Shown piece by piece: positions 12,675 to 26,416 of a stretch of DNA of 64,000 nucleotides; position 1 is the first letter of the stretch; each line of letters begins with the position of its first letter. Source of the DNA: Balanoglossus misakiensis (lineage: Eukaryota > Animalia > Hemichordata); NCBI GenBank assembly GCA_040954595.2, contig CM082584.2, positions 2,387,344 to 2,451,343 on the forward strand. Direction: 5' to 3'. The notes under the pieces were generated by a model. The model searched no databases, was not told the DNA's origin, and saw nothing but the letters and a program-made list of their open reading frames with translations. The position numbers and the translations under genes were made by a program.

Positions 12675-13724
12675 ATTAATAGAATCTCACACTCCCAAGG
12701 ACCTGGGATCGTATTTCTCACACGAGTTGGGGATTTTCTGTCACACACGAGCCGCAGGCGAGTGTGGGACAAAATATCCCTGACGAGTGTGAGAAATACG
12801 ATCCCAGGTCCTTGGTGTGTGAGATTATTTTTCTCACACGGTCACAAATTAGCCAAATTCGTTAAACCATTGAATAAATGACCCTGGAACTGTCGTCTGG
12901 GGGCATGTTATAGTTCTGTGCCTGTAATACACATCACGCCATTGGATAACATTTAGTGCGCGAAGAGAAAGAACTCTTTGTCAACCAATCAGCGCTCGCG
13001 TCATATACAGCTTTCGATTCAGTGAGAGTGTGAGAATAATAGAATCTCACACTCCCAAGGACTAGACTGTCGACAGTCCCTCGCGCCTAATGTGTATCGA
13101 TTCGGCGTTTCGTGCGAGGGCCGTAAGGCCCGTATCTTTTGTGGGCCTAAGGCCCGATTCGGCGTTTCGTGGTGCGATGGCCGTAAGGCCCGAGGGCGTG
13201 GCCCGAGGGACTGTTATACCTTGTTTCGCCCTCACACGGGCACTGTGGGAAAATGCCCCTGTAAAATGATTGACAGTTAATATACGTCATAAACTCATTG
13301 ACCAACGGCAAAGATGTTTTTGTTGCGTCGCCAACGGGCAGTGGGAAATTTGGCTTATGAAATCGCACCTTTTCTCTTGGACAGAATCGGCGAATTTACC
13401 GAGGAACCGTCATCGATAGTTTTAGTTGTTTCGATAGTTTCGCCGCTGATTTACGCCCCCTTATGCAAATTTTACTACGTCATTTTCTGCATGCATAATT
13501 AATATCAAGGCAAGGCTTACAAGCTATAACAGTCCCTCGGGCCTCACGGCCCTCGCACCACGAAACACCGAATCGGGCCTTCGGCCCTCGCACGAAACGC
13601 CGTATCGATACACATTAGGCGCGAGGGACTGTCGACAGTCTACCAAGGACCTGAGATCGTATTTCTCACACTCGTCGGGGATATCCTATCCCACACTCCC
13701 AGCGGCCAGCAGTGTGAGAAATTA
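12675..13724. mobile_element. Non-autonomous hairpin/direct-repeat element (Crypton-like architecture)
   Basis: Arm TAATAGAATCTCACACTCCCAAGGACCTGGGATCGTATTTCTCACAC at 12677, inverted copy ~12785-12826, direct copy at ~13037 (split by a MITE). Family assignment inferred. Confidence 0.5.
13063..13642. mobile_element. MITE with TAG termini and 8-bp TSD (hAT- or Academ-type)
   Basis: Long TIR TAGACTGTCGACAGTCCCTCGCGCCTAATGTGTATCGAT; TSD CCAAGGAC at 13055-13062 and 13643-13650. Confidence 0.85.
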
Positions 13725-13728
13725 AATA

Positions 13729-13905
13729 CAGTAAAACCTGTCTGAACCGAACACTGAAGGCACTGAAGAAATTGTTCAGTTTACAGACATTTCCAGTTTG
13801 TAAAGGTTCTTTTAACATGTGATTCTATGTCGAAGGTACTGAAAAGGTGTTCAGTATAGACAGGTTTCCAGATTAGACAGGGTTTGGTTTTGACAGGTTT
13901 TACTG
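13729..13905. mobile_element. Tc1/mariner-like MITE
   Basis: TA|CAGTAAAACCTGTC ... GACAGGTTTTACTG inverted ends. Confidence 0.55.
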
Positions 13906-14972
13906 AAGGTTGAAAATTAATTCTATGTGGCCACTTAAGATTCTTGTGCTACTCCCAACAATATGTTGAAACCCACAATTGATGTATAAAATACCATCCA
14001 CTAAATATTTAAATGTCACCAAAAACATTTTACTCTAAATAAATAAATATATTCTATAAAAACATATTTTTAGACATGTTGCATATTTACGTAACAGTAG
14101 TAAAAAAATGTGAATGATAACATTACACATTCACGGGCTATGTTGACAAGTGAAGTATAAATGGGTATATTAGCATGCTGTTTGGAGTAGAACAAGAAAT
14201 TCCCATTGATACTCAGAACAAAAATATATGTACATCAATTAAAGCCAAAAGTTACAGCTAATGTCCCGTTAAGTGCATTGTAATTCAGAAAACTTCTGGA
14301 GCAGTGAATAAATCCTACTATTCCTAGTATATCAGAAGTTTTTTTCATTTTAAAAATCAAGCTAGTTGCTTTAAAAAAAAATGAGACACTACTTTGTACA
14401 AAAGTTATGACAGCTTGCATTCACGCAGATTTGAGCCAGACATCTCAAAGCGTTAACAAAAAAACATAGAGCATACTGTTTTTGCGAAGGTAATTTAAAT
14501 TGCTTGTTACGTGATAGTAGTGAAAACAATGGTGACATTGAAGTAACCGAAATGTTCTCCTATATCAAGCTTTCAGAGATAATTAACAGAGAAATGTTTA
14601 TTTCAAAAAGTGAATGTCTTATTTTTTAGCTTATACAGTCACAGTATGTAATAGAGGGACTGTGATATAGTGCACTGGTTTGGCTGTTGTTTCACTACAG
14701 ATTTTTGTGGTGGGGGTCACGGGTGGGTCTATGATGGGGGAAACCAGCATAGAACCCCCCCCCCTCCACCCTCCCCCTAGCTGTGTTTCCATAGTAGTAC
14801 TAAATGTGACATTATTATATGACTCAGAAGGTCACATAGCTCTGCGTACAGGTCTGTGTGTTCCCGGCTGTATGCAGAGCTAAAGGTCACACAGAGAAAC
14901 CACACGACAGAGATCTCACCATCTCAAAAAGCTGACTCTGAAAAGCATGTAAAAGAATTAAGACTGGCTTAC

Positions 14973-14997
14973 CTGTAGGAGGACCTGTGTCACACAT
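14973..14997 (-). CDS. Candidate first coding exon B of the host gene (MCDTGPPT)
   Basis: ATG preceded by an in-frame stop, CAG|GTAAGC donor, phase 1 matching the micro-exon; lies in a CpG-richer promoter-like segment. Confidence 0.4.
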
Positions 14998-15306
14998 CTC
15001 TGCCCGCCAAGGTCTTGCCAACGACCCTGGCGATGTCTTTCATCTAGTCTTGCTCCAAGCGATGCTAATCACACTGGCGGCGCGTTGTACTGTTCCTTTC
15101 CTTTATCTACAGGCACAGCGACTGCCATAAAGCCAAGTCATCACCGGACTCATCATATCTGATATACTTCCCTGGCCGGTCGGGGCAACACCGACGTCAC
15201 GATAAAACGTCGTAGGTCCCGTGGCAACACCGTAGCTACACCCTAATGAGAGAGAATGTCTAGTGATCTGAGTGACGGCAACTGATCCAGGATCTCAATC
15301 ACTCAC

Positions 15307-15325
15307 CCGGCTCTGTCAGTGTCAT
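15307..15325 (-). CDS. Candidate alternative first coding exon A of the host gene (MTLTEP)
   Basis: GCCATG ACA CTG ACA GAG CCG G|GTGAGT; phase 1, also matching the micro-exon. Confidence 0.35.
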
Positions 15326-15911
15326 GGCTCTCTCTCTCAACTACGGTGCGACCTGTGATGACGACCACCTCGCAAAGTTCTGCCAAGCGCCGCCGCGTCC
15401 CATGTAGAAAGGTTGCGAAACCCTTTGAAAACACTGCCAAGAATGCTCCATTATCCGAAATATGTTCTTTCACTGACGTCTCCACTCATGAGAAATTTAA
15501 AAAAGGGGCGTAACACGCTGTTGTAAAAGATCAGCTGATTCGCGACCAAAACATTCACGATTGACCCTTGACCTAGGATAGTCCTGTACCCTCGATCCAG
15601 CGCCAGCTAAGTTGGCGTTGTTAAAATAATTATTAGGTAAACAGCCATCACTATAAGCTATAGATGTAATTCAGTAAACCAAAATCTTTAAAAATATATG
15701 TTGTCAAGAACAATTTATAGACCAAGGCCATGGCCAGAGGTACATCCGAAAAATACCAACTGTACATGGTTATTCTTGTATAACCTTTGACCCCGATTTG
15801 TAAACAGTGCTGCATGTTTGAAGTATCGCTCTTAAAAATTGAGATTCACCTGATGCAGTGGTTTTATATGAAAGCCAGTTGGGGACATGTACATACGCAA
15901 TAAATAAAAAA

Positions 15912-16144
15912 TTATCTCGAGATCTCGAGATAATGCTATTCGTTTTCCTGACTTTTTATTTTTTTATCTCGAGATCTCGAGATAATTCCAATTCGTTTTC
16001 CCGACTTTTTATTTTTTTATCTCGAGATCTCGAGATAATTCAAGTTCGTTTTCCCGACTTTTTATTTTTTTATCTCGAGATCTCGAGATAATTCCAATTC
16101 GTTTTCCCGACTTTTTATTTTTTTATCTCGAGATCTCGAGATAA
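15912..16144. repeat. Left subterminal 52-53-bp tandem array of IS3EU
   Basis: Five copies of the perfect 22-bp palindrome TTATCTCGAGATCTCGAGATAA with spacers. Confidence 0.9.
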
Positions 16145-16877
16145 ATTTGTCTAAAGAGGGCGGGTGTATTGGTACGGAGACTGTCCAGAGAGGGCGGTGT
16201 ATCGGTACAGAGAATATGGCGTTCTTTTACTAGCTTGACCTAGTACCAGGACTTTTCGTCGGATTCTGCCTTACATGCTGCATCGTATCTTATCAGACTG
16301 ACTGAGTGTTGGTAAGTTGAGATTTTACCTCCTTCTCATAACCGTTAGATTTGTCGTACACGTAACATGACCACACGATGCACAATTTGTACTGGTTTGT
16401 GATGTGGCAATCTATTGAGTCGCCTTGCACGTCAAGCGTCATCATGATCATGCCAAACACGATCGACGCGACGTTGACAATGTGCTGCATGCAATAGGTT
16501 GACTGAGACGTTCTTGTCAGTATCTCGTACTCAACTTAACTTGCTTGATTTTTGATTCATGATGTAACATATGCCATCAATATATATCATACATGATTCA
16601 ACTTGTGTGTGGGGCGGATAGTTACATCGCCTAGGATCAAGTTGCCATAACTGGATTCTTCCAATAAATAAATGCACTTTAACTTGATCTTGAATATTAA
16701 ACAATGCAATGTTAACATCAGTACAGCTGCTGTGATTTATTTTACTTTGCTTCAGTCTGCGATTATGACACAGACAAATGTGAGTGTGTATGGTGACCTC
16801 AGTACATCCAAGGTCAAACGTCAACAACTCTTCAGTTGATATGAAAGTTTCAAACAAAAAAATTAAAGCAAAATAGG

Positions 16878-16880
<3 letters not shown>

Positions 16881-16931
<51 letters not shown>
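16881..16931. repeat. (TG)n microsatellite
   Basis: Direct observation. Confidence 0.95.
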
Positions 16932-16937
<6 letters not shown>

Positions 16938-17100
16938 CTGTCTCTATGTATTAATGAGTGTGTGTGTAATGTTTGTGCACATTGATTGACTTGATTTAAT
17001 ATTGAAGATTTAAGCACCGATGGCATTTATTACAAAGAGTTATATTATTATCAATAGAGTCCAAGTTGAAGTCTTAATCACTCCCTAAATTATTTTAAAT

Positions 17101-17303
17101 TGTATGTATGTATGTATGTATGTATGTATGTATGCATGTATGTATGTATGTATGTATGTATGTATGTATGTATGTATGTATGTATGTATGTATGTATGTA
17201 TGTATGTATGTATGTATGTATGTATGTATGTATGTATGCATGTATGTATGTATGTATGTATGTATGTATGTATGTATGTATGTATGTATGTATGTATGTA
17301 TGT
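17101..17303. repeat. (TGTA)n microsatellite
   Basis: Direct observation; shorter tract at ~17760-17815. Confidence 0.95.
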
Positions 17304-17564
17304 TGACAATTGAGAAGTTTCCTCACCAAAAATTCTGAACAAAATTCTTGCTTCACTGTAATTTTTGGTGAAATATCAACTTTATTCAAGGTGAGAAAGT
17401 AGATAGTTTTTCCTTCTGAGATAATATTCTCAAATTTCCCAAACTGTTCATAAAATCAAGTTGATGCATTATTTCATGCTTGTCTTTAGGTACATCAGTT
17501 TTGATTTAACTGTTGTTGATTTTCCTTACAGAAAAATATTACTTCAGCAAACAGATCAGACAAA

Positions 17565-20042
17565 ATGGCAGAAAAACTATATGAATTTCTTAGACGACGC
17601 AGAGTGCCTGAAGAGGAAATTGACAGACTTGAACAGGAAAAGGTAAATTTTTTATTAGTTCTTGTTGCATATATGTAAATATGGCTAAATGAGCTTTAAG
17701 GCTAGTAGGTGGAAAAATATTCATTGACAGTCTTTCCATCTTTGTTTGTTTGTTTGTTTGTATGTATGTACCCGTATGTATGTATGTATGTATGTATGTA
17801 TGTATGTATGTATGTATTTAGCGAGACCCCCCGCACCCTCTGCCAATATGCATGCACTAAGATTCCATGTGCTTTAAATTGATTTTCAGATTGATCCATC
17901 GGTGATCCTCTTAATGGATGATGAGATGTTATCTAAGTATTTGACATCTTATGGGGACAGAGTTGCTGCTGTGGACTTCTCTCGCAGATTATTTTGTACT
18001 GTTCCAGAGAGAGCAGGAAGTCAGAACTACTGAAAAAAATAAGACAAAAATTTAGCCTTCGAAATGGAAAGCAGAATAGTGTATCAGATGACAAGGGAGA
18101 ATCAAGTAAAGGTAATCGTGGACAAGCCTCAACTAGACCAAGACCATTTGGTAATACACATGCAGCAAAAATAAAGCGGAAAATTGAAATAGGATGGCTT
18201 GATTTTGATTTCATTGAAAAAGAATACAAGCAAGTTCGAGCCAGAAAAGGTGGTGGAACAAGGTGTATATCAGTAAGTAAGTCGAGCACGAAAGCTGATC
18301 TCCTGACTACAGGAAAAGATTTGTTTTTCCCCAACGGCGTATCACAGCGAGGAGACATGGACAGTTATCACGTTGACATAAGAGATTCAGGAGAAAGAAC
18401 AATTGATGAAACAAGCACCGTTGGCGAATTGTATGAAGTAACTGGATTTAGAATGCTCCGCTTCTACATTATGACAAAGAGAAAAGACTGTGAACAGGTA
18501 GTGAAATCTAAAAAGAAGAGCAGACAAACAAGTAAGCAGTCACAATTAGAATCAGTGTCATTGTCAGATGACAGCAGTGATGCTGATCTACCTGATCCAG
18601 GACTTGATAGGCATGTGCCAGTTCCACCGGCAAAGACGAGACAAGCAAGCAAGGGACAGTCACAAGCTCTTCCACAGGAATCTATTGATATGTTGTCTGA
18701 TGAGAGCAATGATGCAGGTGTACCAAGTGCAGGAAACCACAATAAGCATATCCTAGATACAGTTCACCATGATCATGGTATGCCCAGTTGTAGCAGATTC
18801 CAGTCTGAACCCATCCCTGACGTAGGTTCTGAAGTCACATTAGAGACAGTCGATTCTGATGCAGAACCACTGGTGATTAGTGATAATGATTCAAACATTG
18901 TTCAGTTTGGATCACGGGGTTCCAATAGTAACTCAGCAGAAAGCCTTGATTCTACATTGCCGTTCTTTGAAAATGATGAACCTGTTAGCCAATCCCAGCC
19001 CCAAGACACTACCAGTCATATCAGTGAAGATCAAGACCCAGTGGAGACTAGAACACTTGTAATACACAGGAGTGATGTTTTGAATGACATGATTTCAGAA
19101 TTCTCAGATCCAAAGATTATGGCATGTCCTATCAATGTGGCCATGGTTATGCCAGGAGGTAATATTGAGCGTGGTAGTGGTAGTGGAGTTGTGAGAGACT
19201 GTTTTACAAGTTTTTGGTCCGAGTTCTATGAATGTTGCACAGTTGGAAAGAATTGCCGGGTGCCATTCATTAGGCATGATTACCCAAGAGAAAAATGGGA
19301 AGCTGTAGCAAGAATAATCATGAAGGGTTGGAAGGAAATGGATTACTTCCCTATTGAGTTTGCAAAGCCATTCATGGAAGAAGTAATGTTTGGAGACCAG
19401 AAGTGTGAAGAGGCAAGTCGACTTCAAGTGTATTATCACTTCCTGTCTGAATCGGACCGTGAAGTATTTGAAGCTGCAATGAAGAACTTTCAAGAAGTAG
19501 AAGAAGATGAGTTAATTGAAGTGTTAGACCGACATGACTGTAAAAGACTGCCAACCAAAGAAAACATTGGATCCATTCTGCACGAAATAGCGCATAAAGA
19601 GATAGTACAAGAGCCAATGTTTGTCATTGATAGTTGGCGACCAATCTTACAGCCATTAGGCAAACAAATTGGCAAAGAGAACTTGGATAGACTGTATAAT
19701 GACAAGAAACCAACAACAAAGAAAGTCCTACAACATCTTCAAATCGCCGAATGCTTGAATAATGATGAGAGGGCTGTTGCTAATCACTTAAAACGATATA
19801 TCCGTGAACTTGAACAAAGTACTCTAAAGAAGTTCCTGAGATATTGCACTGGTTGTGACATAATGACAGCAGAGCCGATTCAAGTGTCATTTGTTAAACT
19901 TGATGGTTTACAACGTCGTCCAGTTGCTCACACATGTGGCAATGTGCTTGAACTGCCATTGTCATATGCCAACTTCGTAGAATTCAGAAGTGAGTTCAAT
20001 GCAGTTTTGAACAGTGGTTTTTGGGACATGGATATTATTTGA
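17565..20042 (+). CDS. IS3EU accessory protein with C-terminal HECT E3 ligase-like domain; exons 17565-17642 and 17890-20042, one frameshift near 17990
   Basis: HECT motifs IHRSDVLND..F, ERGSGSGVVRDCF, FLRYCTG, RPVAHTCGNVLELPLSY (catalytic-position Cys kept). N-terminal SAM-like segment (EQEK|IDPSVILLMDDEMLSKYLTSYGDRVA) is out of frame with the 682-aa ORF. Confidence 0.8.
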
Positions 20043-20430
20043 GACCATTGATATTGTTTCCATTGGTAGAACAGCAATGGTGAGTTATTACATGAATTAA
20101 AGGGACAATATTGTTGTGTTTGGCTTACATTGATAGAAAGAATACAGGGAATACTTGTGTAAAGTCACTTGGTATGCAAAGTAATGATTATGTCAATGAT
20201 GAACCTGACGTGTCAGAAGTCACCTCTTTGCTGCATGGAAGAGGTGAATTTATGTGGATTCATTAAGGGATGCGCCTGTAACTTTGCACTATTTTCAGTG
20301 TTTTCTTTAAATGTTCATACAGTTGCCATTTACTGTCATATTTCCTACAAATTGTTTTATCATTGATTACGTTAAATGTTTACACATATTATCTAATATA
20401 TGGAGAAGCTAAATACTTGATGTGTTATTG

Positions 20431-20640
20431 CAGCCTGTTGTGGGGAGTTATTCAGTTACTTATTCAGCCTGTTGTGGGGAGTTATTCAGTTACTTATTCA
20501 GCCTGTTGTGGGGAGTTATTCAGTTACTTATTCAGCCTGTTGTGGGGAGTTATTCAGTTACTTTTTCAGCCTGTTGTGGGGAGTTATTCAGTTACTTATT
20601 CAGCCTGTTGTGGGGAGTTATTCAGTTACTTATTCAGTTA
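20431..20640. repeat. 34-bp minisatellite, ~6 copies
   Basis: Unit CAGCCTGTTGTGGGGAGTTATTCAGTTACTTATT. Confidence 0.95.
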
Positions 20641-21161
20641 CTATGTGACACAGTGTGTGACATAATGGTGAAAGCACAGGATGACCAGGCTTGGTTATTG
20701 GTGTACATATAATGTAAACAAACAACTAGGAGTAGTCTCGGTTCCACTCTACCAAAGAAGATCAGTGCTTTACTTGTCACTTATTGTCTGTATACTTAGT
20801 TTCTTTATTAACATGTTTGTTTGTTTGTTTACATATTTACATCTACAACCAAGCCTGGGCATCATGTGGTTTTAAGGTGCAAACAGTTGAGCCACAAAGT
20901 TGTTGTATTTCAGCTTTTATTTGCGGTGACAGTATTATACTTTACAGAATTAGATCTAACATTAACACAAAGTCTGTGCCATAGTTTCATATTACTTCAG
21001 TGTTGAAGATGAACAATATTGTCATTATGTTCTGAAAGTTAATAAAACTTTGTTGTGTTGACAAATATCTTGCTTTAATTCATCCAGTTCCTTGCATGGA
21101 AGTGACATTGTTGTTGTTGTTTGGGTGATGTATAATAATTTCCTTTTACAGTAAGGTCTTG

Positions 21162-23129
21162 CTAGTCAGATAAGGATTCATATTTTATAGAATTTCGGAG
21201 ATTCACGTACAATTCCACAGCAGAATATGGGTCAGAAGGTAAATGCATATTGTTGTCGACCATGTATGAGACACAGTACTCGAATAAATCTTCATCACAG
21301 GGGCACGCTCCTTTGAACACACATTCCTCTCGGCATGTGTTAATCTGTTCCTGAGAAACAGTTGATCCGAAATCATGACTTCCATACATCTCCGGGACAA
21401 AGAACATCATGTGAGGTCGCCCGATGGGAGAGACTGCGTTACGTGAACGACTGATCCTGTGACAATTCCATTCCATTACAGCATCATCCAGTTCATCCTG
21501 AATTATAAAATGACAGGCACAAAATGTATGAGGAAGTTCAATGTTAGCAGTTTAATACATGCATCAGTTAAACATAGTCCCTAGGTACTATAGGATATCT
21601 AAAAGATACATACATGGTGACACCTCATCTACATGAACTCTTCAGACGGGAAGGTACACCTAAAATTAATTTATTGTAGTGAAATATAACCAAACAAACG
21701 GAATAAAATTACAAATATTATAATTATAACAATTTACATATATTAGATTATCAATTGGTGTATAGACGGGTTTACCAGCTGGCGTGTAATTTATGATGAG
21801 GCTTATCACACCAACAGTATTCGATCCGAGATTAATAGTAAGGTATTTGTCGAAGGAGTGGAAAGTCTAAAATGTTGTCCAACATATGCATGCAGGATAG
21901 AGGTGCATAAAATGGACAATTGGAATAAGTAGACAAGGACAGTCTTAAATCACACACACAATGCATTGCAGGTTGTGATTTTTGTTCATCATGATACATA
22001 TCAACACATGTACAGCACATTTTAAGCCTTTTTTACTTTGTATTTGAAGGTTTAAACCAAAATATGTGAGCAGTCCTTTCTTTTCAATACATAAAAACGT
22101 TCTTTTTTATACTCCTCCCATTTGGAAGAGCGTAGGGTTATTGTTAGTCAGTTTATACATGGGACTTCTTATATTTTATTGTATTGTACGTTTTCACTAT
22201 ATAATATCAATCCTAGCAATATTTTCTATATAAGTATTTAAAGTATATACAGTATAAGTGATAGTGTAACAGATTGAGGAAAGACAATTATTTTTTCAGT
22301 CCCAAATTCTTCTTCTTACCTGTATCATTTTCAGGAAGCAAAATCTGACCAGATCTTTATCAAGATAATCACCACTGAAGACTCCATCATCCTTTAGTTT
22401 CTAGAAAAGATCCAACCAAAACTGTCCACAGTGTTGGCGAAATGTACCCCACCATCGTTCTATGCGTTGGTTGAGTTGACTGCTGCCATAATAAAAGCAG
22501 TTGTCATCATTTGTTAGAAACTTCTGGAACTGTTCAACATGTCCATTTTCTGTGCCTCTATCCGCTCGCATGTTTTGGGGGCAAGATTTCAGACTTTCAA
22601 CTTCTTTGATGAAGTACCCTGCTATAATCTTCGGATCACTGTTGGTGTGATAAGCTTGAGCCCAAATTACACGCCTGGAAAACCCGTCTATACACCCATT
22701 GATTGCTATTCCGTAAGGGGAAAGTTTGTCATACGAATCTAGGTGCCACATATAGTTCGGCCCAGGAGACCCATACTGGCGACGGCGTAGACGACGTCTC
22801 TTTCTTAATTCCACACCTATGGGGTCAATGATCTGGAGTAACAACCGCACACTCTCCCTGTCGATAACCAATCCTCTCTGGACACACTTTAAATGCATCC
22901 ACCGATAGCCGTGGAGTCTTCCAGATTTGTCAACCTCTTCTCTCAGAAATGTTATTACCTCATTGATGTCTGAATGGTACTTCCGTCTGAAAAGTCCGAG
23001 TTTCTTCAGTAATCTTTTAAGATGACGCATACTAATGACAACGTTATGATTGACAGCTAAAGTAGCCAGGATTTCACTGTAGTTGAAGCCCATGTTGAAA
23101 TAGATACGGATTATATCATCTCTTTCCAT
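21162..23129 (-). pseudogene. IS3EU integrase-like DDE transposase; exons 23129-22320 and 21497-21162; one in-frame TAG at 22403-22401
   Basis: Motifs GYRWMH, RRRLRRRQY..PGPNYMWHLDSYDKL (D), GCIDGFSR, RADRGTEN (D), SQLNQRIERWW (E), WNCHRI. The frame continues past the TAG to CAG|GTAAG. Confidence 0.88.
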
Positions 23130-23567
23130 GGTGACGTTATCTGTTCGATAGAGGAGGAATGTTAATTGTCGCATTATATAAAAGGAATTATCGTATAATG
23201 ATAATGAATAAAGTATAATATTGAAACCAATTGTTTAGTAACTTTACCACTGAGTCAGTTTTCTTGCCAACTTGGAAAGTAATCTCTGGCCAAGACTTCG
23301 GTAATTTGTCCCAGTACGTATAACTAGTAATTATAAATATTACGAAGTTGAAATGTCAACTAATTACCAAGACTCATGCACTCAGTCTGATGATACGATG
23401 CAGCATGCAGCTCTGAAACCGACGATCACTCCTACCATTGAATACACTGAGTGCTTGCTTGCCAATTCTCCGTACCGATATCGATGCATGTCCCTCTCTG
23501 GACCGATATCGATGCATGGTCCTCTCTGGACAGTCCCCCTACCAACACACCGCCCTCTTTCGAGAGA

Positions 23568-24062
23568 ATTATCTCGAGATCTCGAGATAAAAAAATAAAA
23601 AGTCGGGAAAACGAATAGCATTATCTCGAGATCTCGAGATAAAAAAATAAAAAGTCAGGAAAACGAACTTGAATTATCTCGAGATCTCAAGATAAAAAAA
23701 TAAAAAGTCGGGAAAACGAATAGCATTATCTCGAGATCTCGAGATAAAAAAATAAAAAGTCAGGAAAACGAACTTGAATTATCTCGAGATCTCGAGATAA
23801 AAAAATAAAAAGTCGGGAAAACGAATAGCATTATCTCGAGATCTCGAGATAAAAAAATAAAAAGTCAGGAAAACGAACTTGAATTATCTCGAGATCTCGA
23901 GATAAAAAAATAAAAGTCGGGAAAACGAATGGAATTATCTCGAGATCTCGAGATATAAAAATAAAAAGTCAGGAAAACGAACTTGAATTATCTCGAGATC
24001 TCGAGATAAAAAAATAAAAAGTCAGGAAAACGAATGGAATTATCTCGAGATCTCGAGATAAT
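23568..24062. repeat. Right subterminal 52-53-bp tandem array of IS3EU
   Basis: About ten TTATCTCGAGATCTCGAGATAA palindromes; spacers alternate between two variants. Confidence 0.9.
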
Positions 24063-26416
24063 TTTTTATTTATTGCGTATGTACATGTCCCCAACTGGCT
24101 TTCATAGTTTTAAACCGATGGTGGCAAAGAAGTTTTCCGCGAACATGAAAACAACACAGCTGCAAAATGAAGGTATTGTTCTACTGATACATTAAACGCA
24201 CAACTTAGAATATGTGCCGTTTTAGCCACATGCAGTTTGCAGGCACCATGTAGCTCTGCTTGGCATAGTAAAACACGTGTCACGTGTTGATCACATGACT
24301 TAAATGAAGGCGAACGTCCATGTTTGTATGGGAGGGTCACCAGTTTTACGGCGCTGCATTAACGACGTTTACGATTCGGCGACAAACACGTCAAGTAGGT
24401 TCCCATTTGTGAAATTTTCGTTCGATCTTTATTTCTGACAACATTATGTACATGTTCATGTAGTTTATTGTTTGAAAATCGGTGCGTATCATTTTGCTCC
24501 GCACCCAACGGATTTTCCTATGGATGGCTCCATAGCTTTGGGGAGGGAGAGCAGCGTTGACCCAAACAGCGTATAAGTCCAGAGCTATGCTGGGCAGAGC
24601 TGTGTGTCTTTACGACGTCACTCCTGTATATGAGAGAGACGGTGGGCGATCTCTTTTACAGTTATTTTCAAAATATTGTTTTTAAAAAAATAATATTTAT
24701 TATTATCATCATCATCATCATCATGATTCCAGCTATTAATTTGCAGTACACGTTGTTGTCTTTTGCCAGAAAGGAATGCATTTCTCATATCACCTTACAA
24801 ACTGCCAGAAATCCAAACAACACCTTTATGATAAAGCCTACAATGAAATGGTGGATGGTACAAATCAAAGATTATGTGACTGCATGATCCTCTCCACATG
24901 ATACTTCTCAAAGGATATTAATTTGCTTGGAGGGTGAATGTCTGTTGCTAAGCAACCAATGATGTGGGAGTGATGTAGAAATCTTTGTGATTTCTCAAAA
25001 TATAACCATTATTCTAAATTAATATTTCCGTCAATTGGTTTTCAAGCATAATATATACACAACACAACAAATTATATTGATATACCATGCCTAAAATATG
25101 AAATGGAAAAAATGCAATCAAATGAGTGGCCAAGCAAATTTTTTCAAAATTTTCCATTTAATTAACATTTTGTAATAGTTTATATATTTGAGGCTGACTG
25201 TGGGTTGATTCTGTCTGTCTTAAACATTCAAGAAAAATTTGTTTGTAAAGTCATTTCAATGCCTGTCTATTAAAGCCTGTATAGCTGCCAAATTTCACAT
25301 ATAAAATACTTCAAATATATTCCCTATCCTCTAAATCCTCAACTTAAGCCATATTACTCGCATTTGCATCAGTTTGTCATCTTTTGGCAACGCAAACCAC
25401 GATAGCTGCGTACTGTTTGTATGGAGGCTGATGAAATAGGTGCGGCACCGTTTTAATACAAAAGTGTTCAAATTGCAACATGCAGTCATAATCGGGCATC
25501 GATAAGGTGTTCATCTATACCTAAGTAAGCTTATTTAGATGGACTAATTTAAGTTGGAAATTAATGCTAAAAAGTGGCAGCTCTAGAGACTTTCAATTCC
25601 ACATTTTCTAATTCCACAATTGTTGGATGTAAATGTATTTGAAATATGTGCTTTGATTGGATTATATGACATAGATTTATTTGAAGGGTGTGTTTGGATT
25701 AGATTATGTGACCATTGGATTTTGGATTTGTGTTCAAGAATTGTTTGGAAATATAGAAGGGATCTGATGAAAAATGTTCAGGCAATTATTTTACCTTGGT
25801 CTAGAGTTTTAAAAAAGGGTGCGTGATTTTCATGTTGTTTGGGTATTGATACTATGTTCACTTCCAGTTCTATATTTGCAAATTGAGATATGCTTAAATG
25901 TCCAGTATTCAGCTTATCAACTCTACCAGTATTTTCATTAATAACAATAAAATTTATGCGTTTATTGTTTGTGTAATTTGGATTATTAAGTCAAATGAGG
26001 GACAGTTCTTAATGTACACCTTGGAATGAATCAATCAACAACATAATAGATAGGTGCATATTTTTCCTCTATTTTGATGTGAACTTTGCTAAATCCTTTT
26101 TATCATTTAAACAATGACCTTTGGCTTTTCAGAGACGCGGTCAAGATGTCTCTCCTAATCCGTTTGAGCTCGCGCTCTGATTCGATAGTATCATGCAGAT
26201 GTTGCTTCATGTGATTGGCTAACGTCCTTGTCACGTGACGTGGCATACGTGTGGAACATACGTTCGGAACAACAAACGACACTTGTACGCGTAAATTATG
26301 ATTACGTATAAAATAATTCGGATAATCTCAATTTTTGGCGATCGATCTATAAAAATGAAATTGTGAAGTAAGTAGGCAACCATGGTGATACTTCCGGTGG
26401 AACGCCATTCTCGTGC

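Larger units (their letters stand above)
15867..24106. mobile_element. Full-length IS3EU DNA transposon with two convergent genes
   Basis: Long TIR TATGAAAGCCAGTTGGGGACATGTACATACGCAATAAATAAAAAATT..., TAY termini, 6-bp TSD GTTTTA (15861-15866, 24107-24112), IS3-like integrase gene. Confidence 0.92.

Noticed and set aside
15180-15285. RFX X-box-like GGCAAC sites suggesting a ciliary host gene
   Set aside because: Only half-site matches; better X-box-like strings also occur inside TEs (~53349, ~53381), so they are not diagnostic.
17085-17389. ORFs of MYVC/HTYI repeats
   Set aside because: Translations of a (TGTA)n microsatellite.
20363-20712. ORFs with repeated VVGSYSVTYSACCGELF
   Set aside because: Products of the 34-bp minisatellite.
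15912-24062. Palindromic repeat-spacer arrays resembling CRISPR
   Set aside because: Spacers are near-identical, the arrays are mirror-image subterminal parts of IS3EU, the context is eukaryotic and no cas genes are present.
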